A stretch of 64,000 nucleotides of DNA from an uncultured Ruminococcus sp. (GCA_902800065.1 CADCDE010000002.1:107043-171042); one strand, 5' to 3'. Counted from the stretch's first letter, positions 1 through 10,203 are shown. Notes: generated by a model not told the origin, from the sequence alone. Program-made: numbers and translations.

Positions 1-689
1 GCGGTAGCACTCTTTGATGTGAAATTGCCGGTAATAACGGCACTGCCGCCTTCAATAGCTTTGTTTACATTTGGAGCGGAAAGCAGTTCATCATCCATCC
101 AGATAGAAATTTGCTGACCGACATAATTTGATGTAGCCGTTTTGAATTTTTCCTTGCCTTCTTCATTGAATTCAAGACCTACAACGTATTCCATAGAAGA
201 TGATGAATTGTTAGTTTGCTGATATGTAGCATATGCACGTTTTACATCTTTACCTGTAAGGAGAACCTCACCTGATGATTCCGTACCGCCCTTGAAAGTA
301 AGCTCTGATGTAGAGGCAAGCTCAGCAATAGCAGCATCAGGGTCATAGTCTTTTTCATCGGATTTCCACGGGAAACGAATGGTTATCCTGTCGTGTTCAT
401 AGTCAGGATAAACTTCATAGTCAGTGATGTTCTGACCGACCAGACGGGAGTCAAGTATACCCTTGACATCTTCCATTTGAGTTTCATCAGCGTCAATGCC
501 GTCAGCGGGTGCAAAAACCGCCTCAACACCGCCGTTGATGTCGATGCCCCATCGAATATCGTTGATACCTTTGATATATGTGACATCAAAGTCACCGTTT
601 TCACCGTATACACCGAACATAGATGTATATGCCAAAGCGAGTATCAGAACAAATACGATGAAGAACACCGGTTTGCCAATTTTTTTCAT
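1..689 (-). CDS. secD: Protein translocase subunit SecD/SecDF, N-terminal part (gene runs off left edge)
   Basis: The frame is open to the window edge, so it is absent from the ORF track. ATG at 687-689 lies 6 nt after GGAGGA. An N-terminal TM (MKKIGKPVFFIVFVLILALAY) is followed by a periplasmic head with ISIWMDDELLSAPNVNKAIEGGSAVITGNF, typical of SecD. Confidence 0.7.
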   Translation of the reverse strand, partial: MKKIGKPVFFIVFVLILALAYTSMFGVYGENGDFDVTYIKGINDIRWGIDINGGVEAVFAPADGIDADETQMEDVKGILDSRLVGQNITDYEVYPDYEHDRITIRFPWKSDEKDYDPDAAIAELASTSELTFKGGTESSGEVLLTGKDVKRAYATYQQTNNSSSSMEYVVGLEFNEEGKEKFKTATSNYVGQQISIWMDDELLSAPNVNKAIEGGSAVITGNFTSKSAT

Positions 690-966
690 ACGGTATCCTC
701 CAATATGTTTATATTAGTGTTAGTCCGTTTATCGTCAAACGAACATATCAAGATTAATTATATATATTTTGTCTATAAAAGTCAAATATTTTTTAATTAA
801 ATATGTCAAAAGTTTTTTGAAAATGAAATATAAAAAGGATAAATATTCATAAAAGTATGCTGTTTGGATATTTTAAAATAAAAATGCACAAAAAATTAAC
901 TGAATTTTTGTAAAAAATCAAAGAGCCGGACTTCTGATAAAAAGCCCGGCTGATATTATGGATAAA

Positions 967-2226
967 TTATTTTACAAGTTTTTCAAGAGCAGCGATTTTC
1001 ACGCATACACAGAAGACATTCATAGCTGTTTCAAGTTCATCAATAGGCGGATAAGTAGGAGCAACACGGATATTGCTGTCTTTGGGGTCGTTGCCGTAGG
1101 GATAGGTAGCACCTGCACCTGTGAGGACAACACCTGCTTCCTTGCACAGAGCAACAACTCTTTTTGCACAGCCGTCCATTACATCAACGCTTACAAAATA
1201 ACCACCGTTAGGTTTAGTCCACTGAGCAATGCCAAGTTCACCGAGTTCTCTTTCAAGAGTATCTGTCACCATATTGAAACGGGGCTGCAAAACAGCTTTA
1301 TGTTTCTGCATATGGGAGAGTACACCGTCAAGGTTTTTGAAGTAGTTCACATGGCGGAGCATATTCAATTTGTCATAGCCGATAGTCTGGAAATTGTAGC
1401 GTTTTTTGAGGAGTGCAAGGTTATTTTCGGAAGCTGCAAGAGCAGCGACACCTGCACCTGGGAAGGTTATCTTTGAAGTTGAGCAGAACTCAAAAGCCAT
1501 ATCCTCATTGCCGTTCTTTTTAAGTTCGTCAAATATATTAAGGAGAGTATCGGGAGTATCGCTTACATCATGGATAATATACGCATTGTCCCACATTATT
1601 CTGAAATCCTTTGCGGCAGGTTTAAGAGCAGCAAAACGTCTTACTGTTTCATCTGAATAAGTAATTCCCTGGGGATTTGAATATTTAGGCACACACCAAA
1701 TGCCTTTTATTGAACTGTCCTCGCTGACAAGTTTTTCTATCATGTCCATATCGGGACCTGCTGCTGTCATTGGAACGGTTATCATCTCTATATTGAAATA
1801 TTGTGTAATTCCAAAGTGTCTGTCATAGCCAGGAACAGGGCAGAGGAATTTCAGTTTTCCCTGATTGCACCATACATTTTCCATCATGCAGGCAATGGTA
1901 TCGAACATCATGTTAAGGCTTGAATTGCCGCCCACCATAACATTTTTTGCATCTACACCGAGAATATCAGCAAAAAGCTGTCTTGCTTCGATTATACCTT
2001 CAAGCCCGCCATAGTTACGGCAATCGGGACAGTCTGAGGTTTTGAAATTTGTTTCGGGAGTGAGAGCATAGAGTAAATCATTTGAAATATCAAGCTGAGC
2101 AGAACCGGGCTTGCCTCTTGCCATATTGAGGGAAAGTCCCTGAGCCTTGTAATTTTCATAATAGCCTTGGAGTTTTTCAAGCTCCTTACTGAGAGTATTT
2201 TTGTCCATAGAAGCATAATTTGGCAT
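967..2226 (-). CDS. PLP-dependent aminotransferase (class I/II fold)
   Basis: Start moved to MPNYASMDK (GGAGGA RBS upstream). Motifs: LNMARGKPG, NYGGLEGI, and the STSKITFPGAG Schiff-base lysine context. Confidence 0.8.
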   Translation of the reverse strand: MPNYASMDKNTLSKELEKLQGYYENYKAQGLSLNMARGKPGSAQLDISNDLLYALTPETNFKTSDCPDCRNYGGLEGIIEARQLFADILGVDAKNVMVGGNSSLNMMFDTIACMMENVWCNQGKLKFLCPVPGYDRHFGITQYFNIEMITVPMTAAGPDMDMIEKLVSEDSSIKGIWCVPKYSNPQGITYSDETVRRFAALKPAAKDFRIMWDNAYIIHDVSDTPDTLLNIFDELKKNGNEDMAFEFCSTSKITFPGAGVAALAASENNLALLKKRYNFQTIGYDKLNMLRHVNYFKNLDGVLSHMQKHKAVLQPRFNMVTDTLERELGELGIAQWTKPNGGYFVSVDVMDGCAKRVVALCKEAGVVLTGAGATYPYGNDPKDSNIRVAPTYPPIDELETAMNVFCVCVKIAALEKLVK

Positions 2227-2434
2227 TGTAAAAGTCCTCCTAAAAAATAATGCAAAAATCAATTAAAAAACCTACATTATTCTAATATATACCGTCTGAA
2301 AATGCAAGTTAATTTTTCAAAACTTGCAAAATTCATTGTTTTAACAAATATTCGGTAATAAAGTGACAAATTTTTGATACATAATTCCCAATGAAAAGGC
2401 ATAATTGTTTGTAACATGGTTTTGAGAGCGGAGA

Positions 2435-2788
2435 GTGGAGAAATTGGGATTCAGAAAAGGAATCATTATAATGGTATGTTTTTTTATTGCAATTATGACA
2501 TCATCATGCAGACAAGCACCGCCCATGTATGCAAAGGATGAGATAATTTCTTATCAATGGCAGATAAAGGATGTGTCAGGGGAAAATAAAGGTACTGTCT
2601 CATTTTCTGACGGAAAAATAAAAATATCGGATAAAAATTTGAATTTCAGTGAGGATTGTATGATAGAAGATGACAGGATAATTATAAATTCAAATGATTA
2701 CGGTGTTATCATATTGAATTACAAAATGCACGGTGATATTCTTGAATTGGAATATTTCGGTAAAAAAATAACCCTAAACAAAAAATAA
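2435..2788 (+). CDS. Small lipoprotein, unknown function
   Basis: Signal peptide with a lipobox-like FFIAIMTSSC. The start codon (GTG 2435, or TTG 2444) is uncertain. Confidence 0.45.
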   Translation: MEKLGFRKGIIIMVCFFIAIMTSSCRQAPPMYAKDEIISYQWQIKDVSGENKGTVSFSDGKIKISDKNLNFSEDCMIEDDRIIINSNDYGVIILNYKMHGDILELEYFGKKITLNKK

Positions 2789-2959
2789 ATCTCTTGTTAG
2801 TGCAAAATATACGAATTTTAAATTGTAAATTTGTAATAAATACAAGTCAAAAAGCAGTTTATTTTATCAGGCGGAAATGATATAATTAAAAGGAATACAG
2901 CAGTGTCTTTCAAAGACAAATCCAACTGCTGATTATTAAGAGAAGGAGACAGAAATTCT

Positions 2960-5900
2960 ATGAACACTAAAAGAATTTCCAAAAGTGTCGTAGCTGTCGT
3001 TCTCACAATGATAATGGCATTGAGCTGTTTTGTTATGCCGGGTATCGTAAATGCGGCTGAAACAACAACGGTAAATATCCACTATCTTCGTGATGACGGA
3101 GCATACGGTGACTGGGATGTGTGGGCATGGGCAGACGGACTTGAGGGTGCCGGCTATGCTTTCACAGACAGTGGTGATGCAGATGGTGCAGTAGCTACCA
3201 TTACTATCACAGAAGCTACTCCAAGCCTTGGCTTTATCGTAAGAAAGCCCGACTGGAGTGCAAAGGATCCTGACGGTGACCGCTCGGTTGACCTCAGTTC
3301 AGTAGTTTCAGGTACAGTTGATGTATACTGCGTTGCAGGCTCAGAGCTTGACGATTATACAGTAAACTATGACAATGCTGTTCAGGGCCTTAAGGTAAAA
3401 AGTGCAAAGGCAGTTTCAAAAACAGAGATTAGTTTTGATTTCACTATGATTCCTGCCGAAGAAGTAAGCATATTCGATTTTGCGGTTCTGAACCCTCTCG
3501 GAAATGCACTTCAGATGAAAAAGCTCTCTTATTCAGACGGTTCAACAGCCGGTGTGATAGAGCTTTATGATGAACTGGACTATGCAAAGGAATACAGCCT
3601 TGAATTCAGAGGCGTAAAGGTTTCTATTGCACTTCCCGATTATTTTTCAAGCGAGGAATTTGAAGAAGCTTACACATACACAGGTGATGACCTTGGTGTA
3701 ACATTCTCAGGTGATTCTGTTAATTTCCGTGTATGGGCTCCTACAGCCGAAAAAGTTGAAATTAACATCTATGCAGATGGCAACGGCGGAGATGCTGAGC
3801 TTACAGCAGAAATGCAGAAAGATGTAAAAGGTACATGGGTATTTACTGCAAGCAGTGATCTCAAAGGCAAATACTATACCTACAACGCATATTTTGAAGG
3901 CAAAACAAACATGGATATCGTTGACCCCTATGCAAAATCAGTAGGCGTAAACGGTAAAAGAGGTATGATACTTGACCTCGATTCAACCGATCCTGATGGT
4001 TGGAGCAGTGATTCAAGACATACTTATGAAAATCTTACAGATATGGAAATATACGAAGTACACGTAAGAGATTTCTCTGTAAGTGCGGACAGTGGTATTT
4101 CCGAGGCAAACAAGGGCAAGTATCTTGCATTCACGGAAAGAGGAACAACTGTCAACAATGAAGGCTTTACTCCTACAGGCGTTGACCACCTTGTTGACCT
4201 CGGTGTTACATCAGTACACATTCTTCCGTCTTATGACTACGGTTCGGTAGATGAGACAAAGCTCACAACAAAAGCTCAGTACAACTGGGGTTACGATCCC
4301 GTAAACTACAATGCACCCGAAGGCTCTTATTCAACAGATCCTTATCACGGTGAAGTAAGAGTAAACGAATACAAGCAGATGGTAAAAGGCTTGCATGATG
4401 CAGGTCTGGGCGTTATCATGGACGTTGTTTACAACCATACATATAACACTAACTACTGCTTCAATCAGCTCGTTCCGGGATATTTCTACCGTCCCGGTCA
4501 GAATACATCAGGCTGCGGCAATGATGTAGCTTCCGAGCGTTCAATGGTAAGCAAATTCATCGTTGACTCAGTAAGATACTGGGCAGACGAATATCACCTT
4601 GATGGTTTCCGTTTCGACCTCATGGGTATCCTTGATGTCAATACAATGAATGCTGTCCGTGCAGCACTTGATGAGATTGATCCGACCATCGTTATCTACG
4701 GCGAAGGCTGGAACATGGGTTCAGTTCCTACAAAGAACGTTCCTATGGCTAACTACACAAATGCTTCTCTTACACCGGGTATCGCATATTTCAGTGATAC
4801 TATCCGTGACATGGTAAAGGGCAGCGTATTTGACGCAGCGGAAAAAGGCTATGTAAACGGCGAAACAAAGCACTACAAGGCTATTGTAAACACTGTACAG
4901 TACACAAAGAAATGGTGTCCGTCACCTGAACAGATAATCAACTATGCGGACTGTCACGACAACCTCACATTGTGGGATAAGATTCGTTCATCAAACGGTG
5001 ATGACAGTGAAGAAGACCAGATTCGTCAGAACAACCTGGCAGCAGCTATCATTCAGACAGCTCAGGGTATCCCGTTCATGATGAGCGGTGAGGAATTCCT
5101 CCGTACAAAGACAAAAGCAGACGGAACTTATGAGCATAACAGCTATGCTTCACCCGATTCCGTAAACGAACTCACTTATTCAAGACTCGAAGATTATTCA
5201 AATGTATATGACTATTACAAAGGTCTTATCGAATTCCGTAAGGCTCACCCCGCACTCAGAATGACAAGTGCAGAGGATGTTGAATCTACATTCACATCAC
5301 TCAATGATACAAATGCCGAAAAGGGCGTTGCTGTATATTCCATCAAGGGCGGTGTAAACGGTGAAGAAGCTGAGGAAATTGTTGTTATATACAATCCTCT
5401 CTCAACTGACACTGTTGTAACACTCCCCGAAGGTGAATGGGATGTATATGTAAATGACCAGTTTGCAAGTGCAGATTGGGTGCTTGATACTGTATCAGGC
5501 ACTGTAACAGTACCGAGAATTTCCGCAATGGTACTTGTAAAAGGCTATACACCTGACATTCCGCTTCCGTTTGATGTTAAATACGGTATCGTAGGCAGCA
5601 TGACAGACTGGGGACAGAAATCCGACTATCCGATGATTGAACTGTCAGGCTTCAAAGATATGCTCAAGGAATTTGCAGAATCTTTTGGTGTTGATGTAAA
5701 TGATGCAGAATTCAATGAAAGTGACCTTGATGTAATCAACGGTCTCCACTGCGGTGCAACAGATGTCCTTGAACCCGGTGATTATGAATTCAAAGTACGT
5801 GCATACAATGACAGCACATGGAGCGAAAGCTACGGTGTTTATGAACCTGATTATGACCGTACAAACAACAGTCAGACCAATGTTAAAGTTACTTTGACAG

Positions 5901-6394
5901 AACCGTCTGTTATAATCGTTCTTCTTGATACAAGCGGTGAAGATGAAATGCTTTGGCCTGTAACATATACGGTTGTACCTCAGACTGTAATAGACAATAC
6001 TCCCGAGGATTACAAGCCTGATTTTGTATTCACAGGCAAGGAAGGTACAGAGCCGAAGGTTCTTGAACTTATAAATAACATGAATGTGCCTTCAAAGCCT
6101 TCTGATGATCCGTCACAGACTTCTGAAACTCCTCAGACATCTCAGACCTCTGAAACATCCCAGACTTCACAGACTTCCGAGACATCACAGACTTCACAGA
6201 ATTCTGAGACTTCACAGACTTCTCAGCAGACAACTCAGACTTCACAGACAAGCAATACAACAAACAACAGCACAACAGGTACTCCTGTAAGCACAGGTGA
6301 CAATACAAATGTATTTGCTATATTTGCAATAGCAATGGCTGCTGGTCTTGTATCACTCAGTCTCTACAAGTCATTGAGAAGAAAAGAAAGATAA
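2960..6394 (+). CDS. Cell-surface type I pullulanase (GH13) with N-terminal pullulanase-associated/CBM modules, extra C-terminal CBM-like module, S/T-rich stalk and C-terminal anchor
   Basis: GGAGA RBS and a signal peptide. YNWGYDPVNY signature and GH13 regions VIMDVVYNHT, GFRFDLMG, YGEGWN, YADCHDN. The C-terminus has a TM plus a RRKER tail. Confidence 0.9.
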   Translation: MNTKRISKSVVAVVLTMIMALSCFVMPGIVNAAETTTVNIHYLRDDGAYGDWDVWAWADGLEGAGYAFTDSGDADGAVATITITEATPSLGFIVRKPDWSAKDPDGDRSVDLSSVVSGTVDVYCVAGSELDDYTVNYDNAVQGLKVKSAKAVSKTEISFDFTMIPAEEVSIFDFAVLNPLGNALQMKKLSYSDGSTAGVIELYDELDYAKEYSLEFRGVKVSIALPDYFSSEEFEEAYTYTGDDLGVTFSGDSVNFRVWAPTAEKVEINIYADGNGGDAELTAEMQKDVKGTWVFTASSDLKGKYYTYNAYFEGKTNMDIVDPYAKSVGVNGKRGMILDLDSTDPDGWSSDSRHTYENLTDMEIYEVHVRDFSVSADSGISEANKGKYLAFTERGTTVNNEGFTPTGVDHLVDLGVTSVHILPSYDYGSVDETKLTTKAQYNWGYDPVNYNAPEGSYSTDPYHGEVRVNEYKQMVKGLHDAGLGVIMDVVYNHTYNTNYCFNQLVPGYFYRPGQNTSGCGNDVASERSMVSKFIVDSVRYWADEYHLDGFRFDLMGILDVNTMNAVRAALDEIDPTIVIYGEGWNMGSVPTKNVPMANYTNASLTPGIAYFSDTIRDMVKGSVFDAAEKGYVNGETKHYKAIVNTVQYTKKWCPSPEQIINYADCHDNLTLWDKIRSSNGDDSEEDQIRQNNLAAAIIQTAQGIPFMMSGEEFLRTKTKADGTYEHNSYASPDSVNELTYSRLEDYSNVYDYYKGLIEFRKAHPALRMTSAEDVESTFTSLNDTNAEKGVAVYSIKGGVNGEEAEEIVVIYNPLSTDTVVTLPEGEWDVYVNDQFASADWVLDTVSGTVTVPRISAMVLVKGYTPDIPLPFDVKYGIVGSMTDWGQKSDYPMIELSGFKDMLKEFAESFGVDVNDAEFNESDLDVINGLHCGATDVLEPGDYEFKVRAYNDSTWSESYGVYEPDYDRTNNSQTNVKVTLTEPSVIIVLLDTSGEDEMLWPVTYTVVPQTVIDNTPEDYKPDFVFTGKEGTEPKVLELINNMNVPSKPSDDPSQTSETPQTSQTSETSQTSQTSETSQTSQNSETSQTSQQTTQTSQTSNTTNNSTTGTPVSTGDNTNVFAIFAIAMAAGLVSLSLYKSLRRKER
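6113..6250 (+). repeat. In-frame tandem repeat of 9-nt units (tca cag act / tct gaa aca) encoding (SQT/SET)n linker
   Basis: Direct reading gives SQTSETPQTSQTSETSQTSQTSETSQTSQNSETSQTSQQTTQTSQT. Confidence 0.9.
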
Positions 6395-6423
6395 TTTTAT
6401 CTGATTTTCCGACAAAAAATAAA

Positions 6424-6461
6424 ATCTCCCAAAAGCGTAGTACTTTTGGGGGATTTTTTTG
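6424..6461 (+). terminator. Rho-independent terminator after pullulanase
   Basis: atctcccaaaag / cttttgggggat 12-bp stem (1 mismatch) followed by a T7 run. Confidence 0.8.
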
Positions 6462-6560
6462 TCTTTTTGCAAGAAATTTAATAATTGACTGTTAATTTAA
6501 GAATCAATGTGCTATAATGTAATGAGCATTAAAAGATTAGGAATAAGAGGGATTTTTTAT

Positions 6561-8381
6561 ATGGATAAGAGAGAAAATTTAAGGAATATAGCAATAATAG
6601 CCCACGTTGACCACGGTAAAACTACACTTGTTGACCAACTGCTTTTGCAGAGCGGTATATTCAGGGCAAATGAGGCTGTTGCGGAACGTGTTATGGACTC
6701 CAATGATCTTGAAAGGGAAAGAGGAATAACCATCCTTTCAAAAAATACTGCTGTTATGTACAAGGATACTAAGATAAATATAGTGGATACTCCAGGTCAT
6801 GCTGATTTTGGTGGTGAAGTTGAAAGAATACTGATGATGGTAGACGGTGTATTGCTTTTGGTAGATGCGTTTGAGGGCTGTATGCCACAGACAAGATTCG
6901 TTCTCAAAAAGGCTCTTGCACTCGGTAAAAAACCTCTCGTTGTAGTAAATAAGATAGACCGTCCCGGAGCAAGACCTGAGGAAGTCGTTGATGAAGTCCT
7001 TGACCTGTTCATAGAGCTCGGTGCAGACGAGGAACAGCTTGAATTTCCCGTTGTATATGCTTCGGGCAGGGCAGGCTATGCTTCACTTGATCCCCATGTC
7101 CAGGGAACTGATATGAAACCGCTGTTTGAAAAGATAATTGAGGAGATACCTGCACCTCAGGGTGATATGAATGGTCCTTTGCAGCTTTTGTTCTCGAATA
7201 TAGACTATGATGAATATGTCGGCAGGATAGGCATAGGCAGAGTAGAAAGAGGAAGCTGCAAGGTCGGTCAGAATATCACACTCTGTCATAATGACGGAAG
7301 CAGGAAAAATGCCAAAATAACAAAGCTGTATCAGTTTGAAGGCTTGAAAAGAGTTGAAAGCGAAACTGCAAGTCTCGGAGATATAGTTGCAGTTTCAGGC
7401 ATAACAGACCTTAATATCGGTGAAACAGCGTGTGACCCCGAACATCAGGAGCCTTTGCCCTTCGTCAAGATAGATGAACCGACAGTTTCAATGCTTTTCA
7501 TGGTAAATAACAGTCCGTTTGCGGGCAGAGAAGGCAAATATGTTACCTCGAGAAATATCCGTGCAAGACTTTTCAAAGAAGTGGAAACCAATGTTGCAAT
7601 GAGAGTAGAAGAAACGGATTCTGCTGATACCTTCAAGGTATCGGGCAGAGGTGAGCTGCATCTGTCAATTCTTATCGAAACAATGAGAAGACAAAACTAT
7701 GAATTTCAGGTATCAAGACCGAAAGTAATAATGAAAGAAGTCAACGGAAGGCTTCAGGAACCAATGGAATTACTTATGATAGAAGTACCGGATAATTATG
7801 TCGGTGCAATAATGGAAAAGCTCGGCTCAAGAAAAGCCGAATTGATAAACATGGGTACAAGAGAATCAGGCGTTACTCATATAGAATTCCGTATACCGTC
7901 AAGGGGACTTATGGGATACCGTCCCGAATTTATGACGGATACAAACGGAAACGGTATAATGAATCACATTTTTGACGGATACGAGGATTATAAAGGCGAG
8001 ATACAGTCCCGTACACAGGGTTCGCTCATAGCACATGAGACAGGCGAAAGTACAGGATATGGCTTGTTTGCGGCTCAGGACAGAGGAAGACTTTTCATAG
8101 GTCCCGGTGTTGAGGTGTATGAGGGAATGATAGTGGGTGCAAATCCAAAAAATGAGGATATGGTCGTGAATGTCTGCAAGAAAAAGCACGTTACAAATAC
8201 CCGTGCGGCAGGCTCTGACGAGGCACTCAAGCTGACACCGCCTACTATACTCAGTCTTGAACAATCACTTGAATTCATCAATGATGACGAATTGGTCGAA
8301 GTTACCCCGAAATCTATCCGTATGCGAAAAATGATTCTCAATAAGGAGCAGCGTCTTAAAGCCCAGAGCAGGGGAGGCTGA
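6561..8381 (+). CDS. typA: Translational GTPase TypA/BipA
   Basis: NIAIIAHVDHGKTTLVD, DTPGHADFGGEVER and NKIDR G-motifs, with full-length EF-G-like architecture. Start moved to MDKREN. Confidence 0.92.
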   Translation: MDKRENLRNIAIIAHVDHGKTTLVDQLLLQSGIFRANEAVAERVMDSNDLERERGITILSKNTAVMYKDTKINIVDTPGHADFGGEVERILMMVDGVLLLVDAFEGCMPQTRFVLKKALALGKKPLVVVNKIDRPGARPEEVVDEVLDLFIELGADEEQLEFPVVYASGRAGYASLDPHVQGTDMKPLFEKIIEEIPAPQGDMNGPLQLLFSNIDYDEYVGRIGIGRVERGSCKVGQNITLCHNDGSRKNAKITKLYQFEGLKRVESETASLGDIVAVSGITDLNIGETACDPEHQEPLPFVKIDEPTVSMLFMVNNSPFAGREGKYVTSRNIRARLFKEVETNVAMRVEETDSADTFKVSGRGELHLSILIETMRRQNYEFQVSRPKVIMKEVNGRLQEPMELLMIEVPDNYVGAIMEKLGSRKAELINMGTRESGVTHIEFRIPSRGLMGYRPEFMTDTNGNGIMNHIFDGYEDYKGEIQSRTQGSLIAHETGESTGYGLFAAQDRGRLFIGPGVEVYEGMIVGANPKNEDMVVNVCKKKHVTNTRAAGSDEALKLTPPTILSLEQSLEFINDDELVEVTPKSIRMRKMILNKEQRLKAQSRGG

Positions 8382-8384
8382 TGT

Positions 8385-9251
8385 ATGAATTATGTGATAC
8401 TTGATCTTGAATGGAACGGGAATTACAGCAGAAAATTCGGCGGTTATATCAATGAGATAATCGAATTCGGAGCAATAAAGCTTGACGAAAATATGCAGAT
8501 AATCGGACAGTTCTCAACTCTTGTAAGACCTGACCTTACTCAGAAGCTCAGTTCAAGAGTAAAAGATCTTACATCATTGACCAATGATGAATTAAAGCGT
8601 GGTAATCCGTTTCCATATGCGTACAGCAAGTTCAAGAAGTTTGCAAAGAATTGTGTTATAATGTCATGGAGTACAAGCGATATAGTGACTCTTATCTCGA
8701 ATTGTCAGTATTATCTTAAAAACGATGGAGTGGACTTTATAAAAAAATATGTCGATCTTCAGCTTTACTGTCAGGAAATGATGGGGATAGGCAGTAAAAA
8801 TCAGATAGGTCTTGTGGCAGCTGCTGAAACGCTTGGATTGAATGTTGATGATATACCTCATCACAGGGCTGTCGGAGACTGTATCGTGTCTGCAAAATGC
8901 CTTCAGAAGCTGTATTCCAAGGGTGCAATGAAGGCATATATACAGAATATAGAATGCGGAGGATTTTTTGATAATCTTGAGTCGCATACATCCTATATCT
9001 ATAATATTGACAATCCCCTGATAGATAAAAGTCTTATGACAATAAACTGTAATCTCTGTGGAGCAAGGGCAGATATTAAAGAGCCTTGGGAACAGAAAAA
9101 TAAATCGTTTTATTCATATTTTGAATGTCCCGAATGTCATAACAGCTTCAGGGCAAAAATACAGTTCAGAAAAAAGCAGAATAAATTGATACCTGTAAAA
9201 AAATTATCTGTTCCGAATCTCGATGATGAAACAGAAAAAACAGAAGTCTGA
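8385..9251 (+). CDS. DEDDh 3'-5' exonuclease (KapD/ERI-1-like) with C-terminal CxxC...CxxC zinc ribbon
   Basis: ILDLEWNG, EIIEFGA and HHRAVGDC exo motifs. C-terminal CNLCG...CPECH. Starts 3 nt after the typA stop. Confidence 0.7.
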   Translation: MNYVILDLEWNGNYSRKFGGYINEIIEFGAIKLDENMQIIGQFSTLVRPDLTQKLSSRVKDLTSLTNDELKRGNPFPYAYSKFKKFAKNCVIMSWSTSDIVTLISNCQYYLKNDGVDFIKKYVDLQLYCQEMMGIGSKNQIGLVAAAETLGLNVDDIPHHRAVGDCIVSAKCLQKLYSKGAMKAYIQNIECGGFFDNLESHTSYIYNIDNPLIDKSLMTINCNLCGARADIKEPWEQKNKSFYSYFECPECHNSFRAKIQFRKKQNKLIPVKKLSVPNLDDETEKTEV

Positions 9252-9267
9252 ATAACTCGGACTTCTG
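9241..9267. terminator. Bidirectional hairpin between convergent exonuclease gene and ribU
   Basis: cagaagtc / gacttctg stem with T-rich tracts on both strands. Confidence 0.5.
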
Positions 9268-9282
9268 TTTCTTTGTTTGGAT

Positions 9283-9927
9283 TTATTTGTCGGCTTTTTG
9301 TTTTTTATTTAAATTGTCATTCATTTTTACGAATATATTTGACAGTGGCTTGTAAATGAGAATTGTTACTATTGCACAGATAATACCCTTGACGAAAGTA
9401 AAAGGAAAATTGAATATCAAAAGGGATTTTATAATATTGTCTGATGCGGGCAGGATAGCCATATATGCTTTGACGATAGGTTCTGAGGAACCTTTGAAAA
9501 GAACAACAGCATAAGCAGGATATACAATAAAATAGTTTATTGCAACGCTGAATGCCGCCATAGCCAAAGCACCTATGATGCAGGCAATGAGAGCGGTTTT
9601 CTTTGTTTTATTGTGTTTATATATGATTCCGGCAGTAAACGCAAAGACAGCTCCCATAAGAAAATTAGCCAATTCGCCTATACCGGCAGAATTTCCGAAA
9701 GGAAGATGAATAAGGTTTTTCAAAAGACAGATAATAACTCCGTATAAAGGACTTATGACAAAAGCACCTATAAGTTCGGGAATGTCCGAGAAATCAAGTT
9801 TAATAAAGGGCGGCATGATTGGGATAGGAAATTCAATATACTGCAAAACAACGGCAACGGCTGTAAGCATGGCAGTAATGGCGATTTTCGTGGTATTGCT
9901 CTTGTTTCTTGATGATTGATTTGTCAT
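9283..9927 (-). CDS. ribU: ECF-transporter S component, riboflavin transporter RibU/FmnP type
   Basis: Multi-TM protein with IAITAMLTAVAVVLQYIEFPIP...LDFSDIPELIGAF, sitting directly downstream of an FMN riboswitch. Start moved to MTNQSS (GGAGG RBS). Confidence 0.8.
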   Translation of the reverse strand: MTNQSSRNKSNTTKIAITAMLTAVAVVLQYIEFPIPIMPPFIKLDFSDIPELIGAFVISPLYGVIICLLKNLIHLPFGNSAGIGELANFLMGAVFAFTAGIIYKHNKTKKTALIACIIGALAMAAFSVAINYFIVYPAYAVVLFKGSSEPIVKAYMAILPASDNIIKSLLIFNFPFTFVKGIICAIVTILIYKPLSNIFVKMNDNLNKKQKADK

Positions 9928-9963
9928 AAAAAGACCTCCAAATAATAAATTTTCGGCTGTCAA

Positions 9964-9991
9964 CAAAAAAGCCCTTGCAAAAAAGCAGGGC
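9964..9991 (-). terminator. Attenuator terminator (expression platform) of FMN riboswitch
   Basis: Minus strand reads GCCCTGC-TTTTTT-GCAAGGGC followed by TTTTTTG. Confidence 0.65.
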
Positions 9992-10020
9992 ATGAATCAT
10001 ACATGAAATGTATAAAAATA

Positions 10021-10133
10021 TCTTCTTTCATCCGGACTATACCGTCGGCATCGGAATCTCACCGATTCAGCAGAAAAAAATTCTGTTAGCGGGCTTTGAC
10101 CGCCGGTGGGGACTTGCACCCCGCCCTGAAGAC
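10021..10133 (-). promoter_or_regulatory. FMN (RFN) riboswitch aptamer
   Basis: Minus strand reads CUUCAGGGCGGGGUGCAAGUCCCCACCGGCGGU...GCCGACGGUAUAGUCCGGAUGAAAGAAGA. This matches the conserved RFN 5' and 3' cores. Confidence 0.9.
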
Positions 10134-10156
10134 AGCACAATATTTAATTCGACAGT

Positions 10157-10185
10157 ATTATAACACTATATATATTATATGTCAA
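10157..10185 (-). promoter_or_regulatory. SigmaA-type promoter for FMN riboswitch-ribU
   Basis: Minus strand TTGACA (10180-10185), 17 nt spacer, TATAAT (10157-10162). Confidence 0.6.
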
Positions 10186-10203
10186 GAGATTTTTTATTTG
10201 AAT

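Noticed and set aside
393-800. Plus-strand ORFs of 135 aa and 73 aa, and a 76-aa minus-strand ORF, at the left end.
   Set aside because: They overlap the edge-truncated secD reading frame, which has a clear RBS, a TM and SecD-like sequence.
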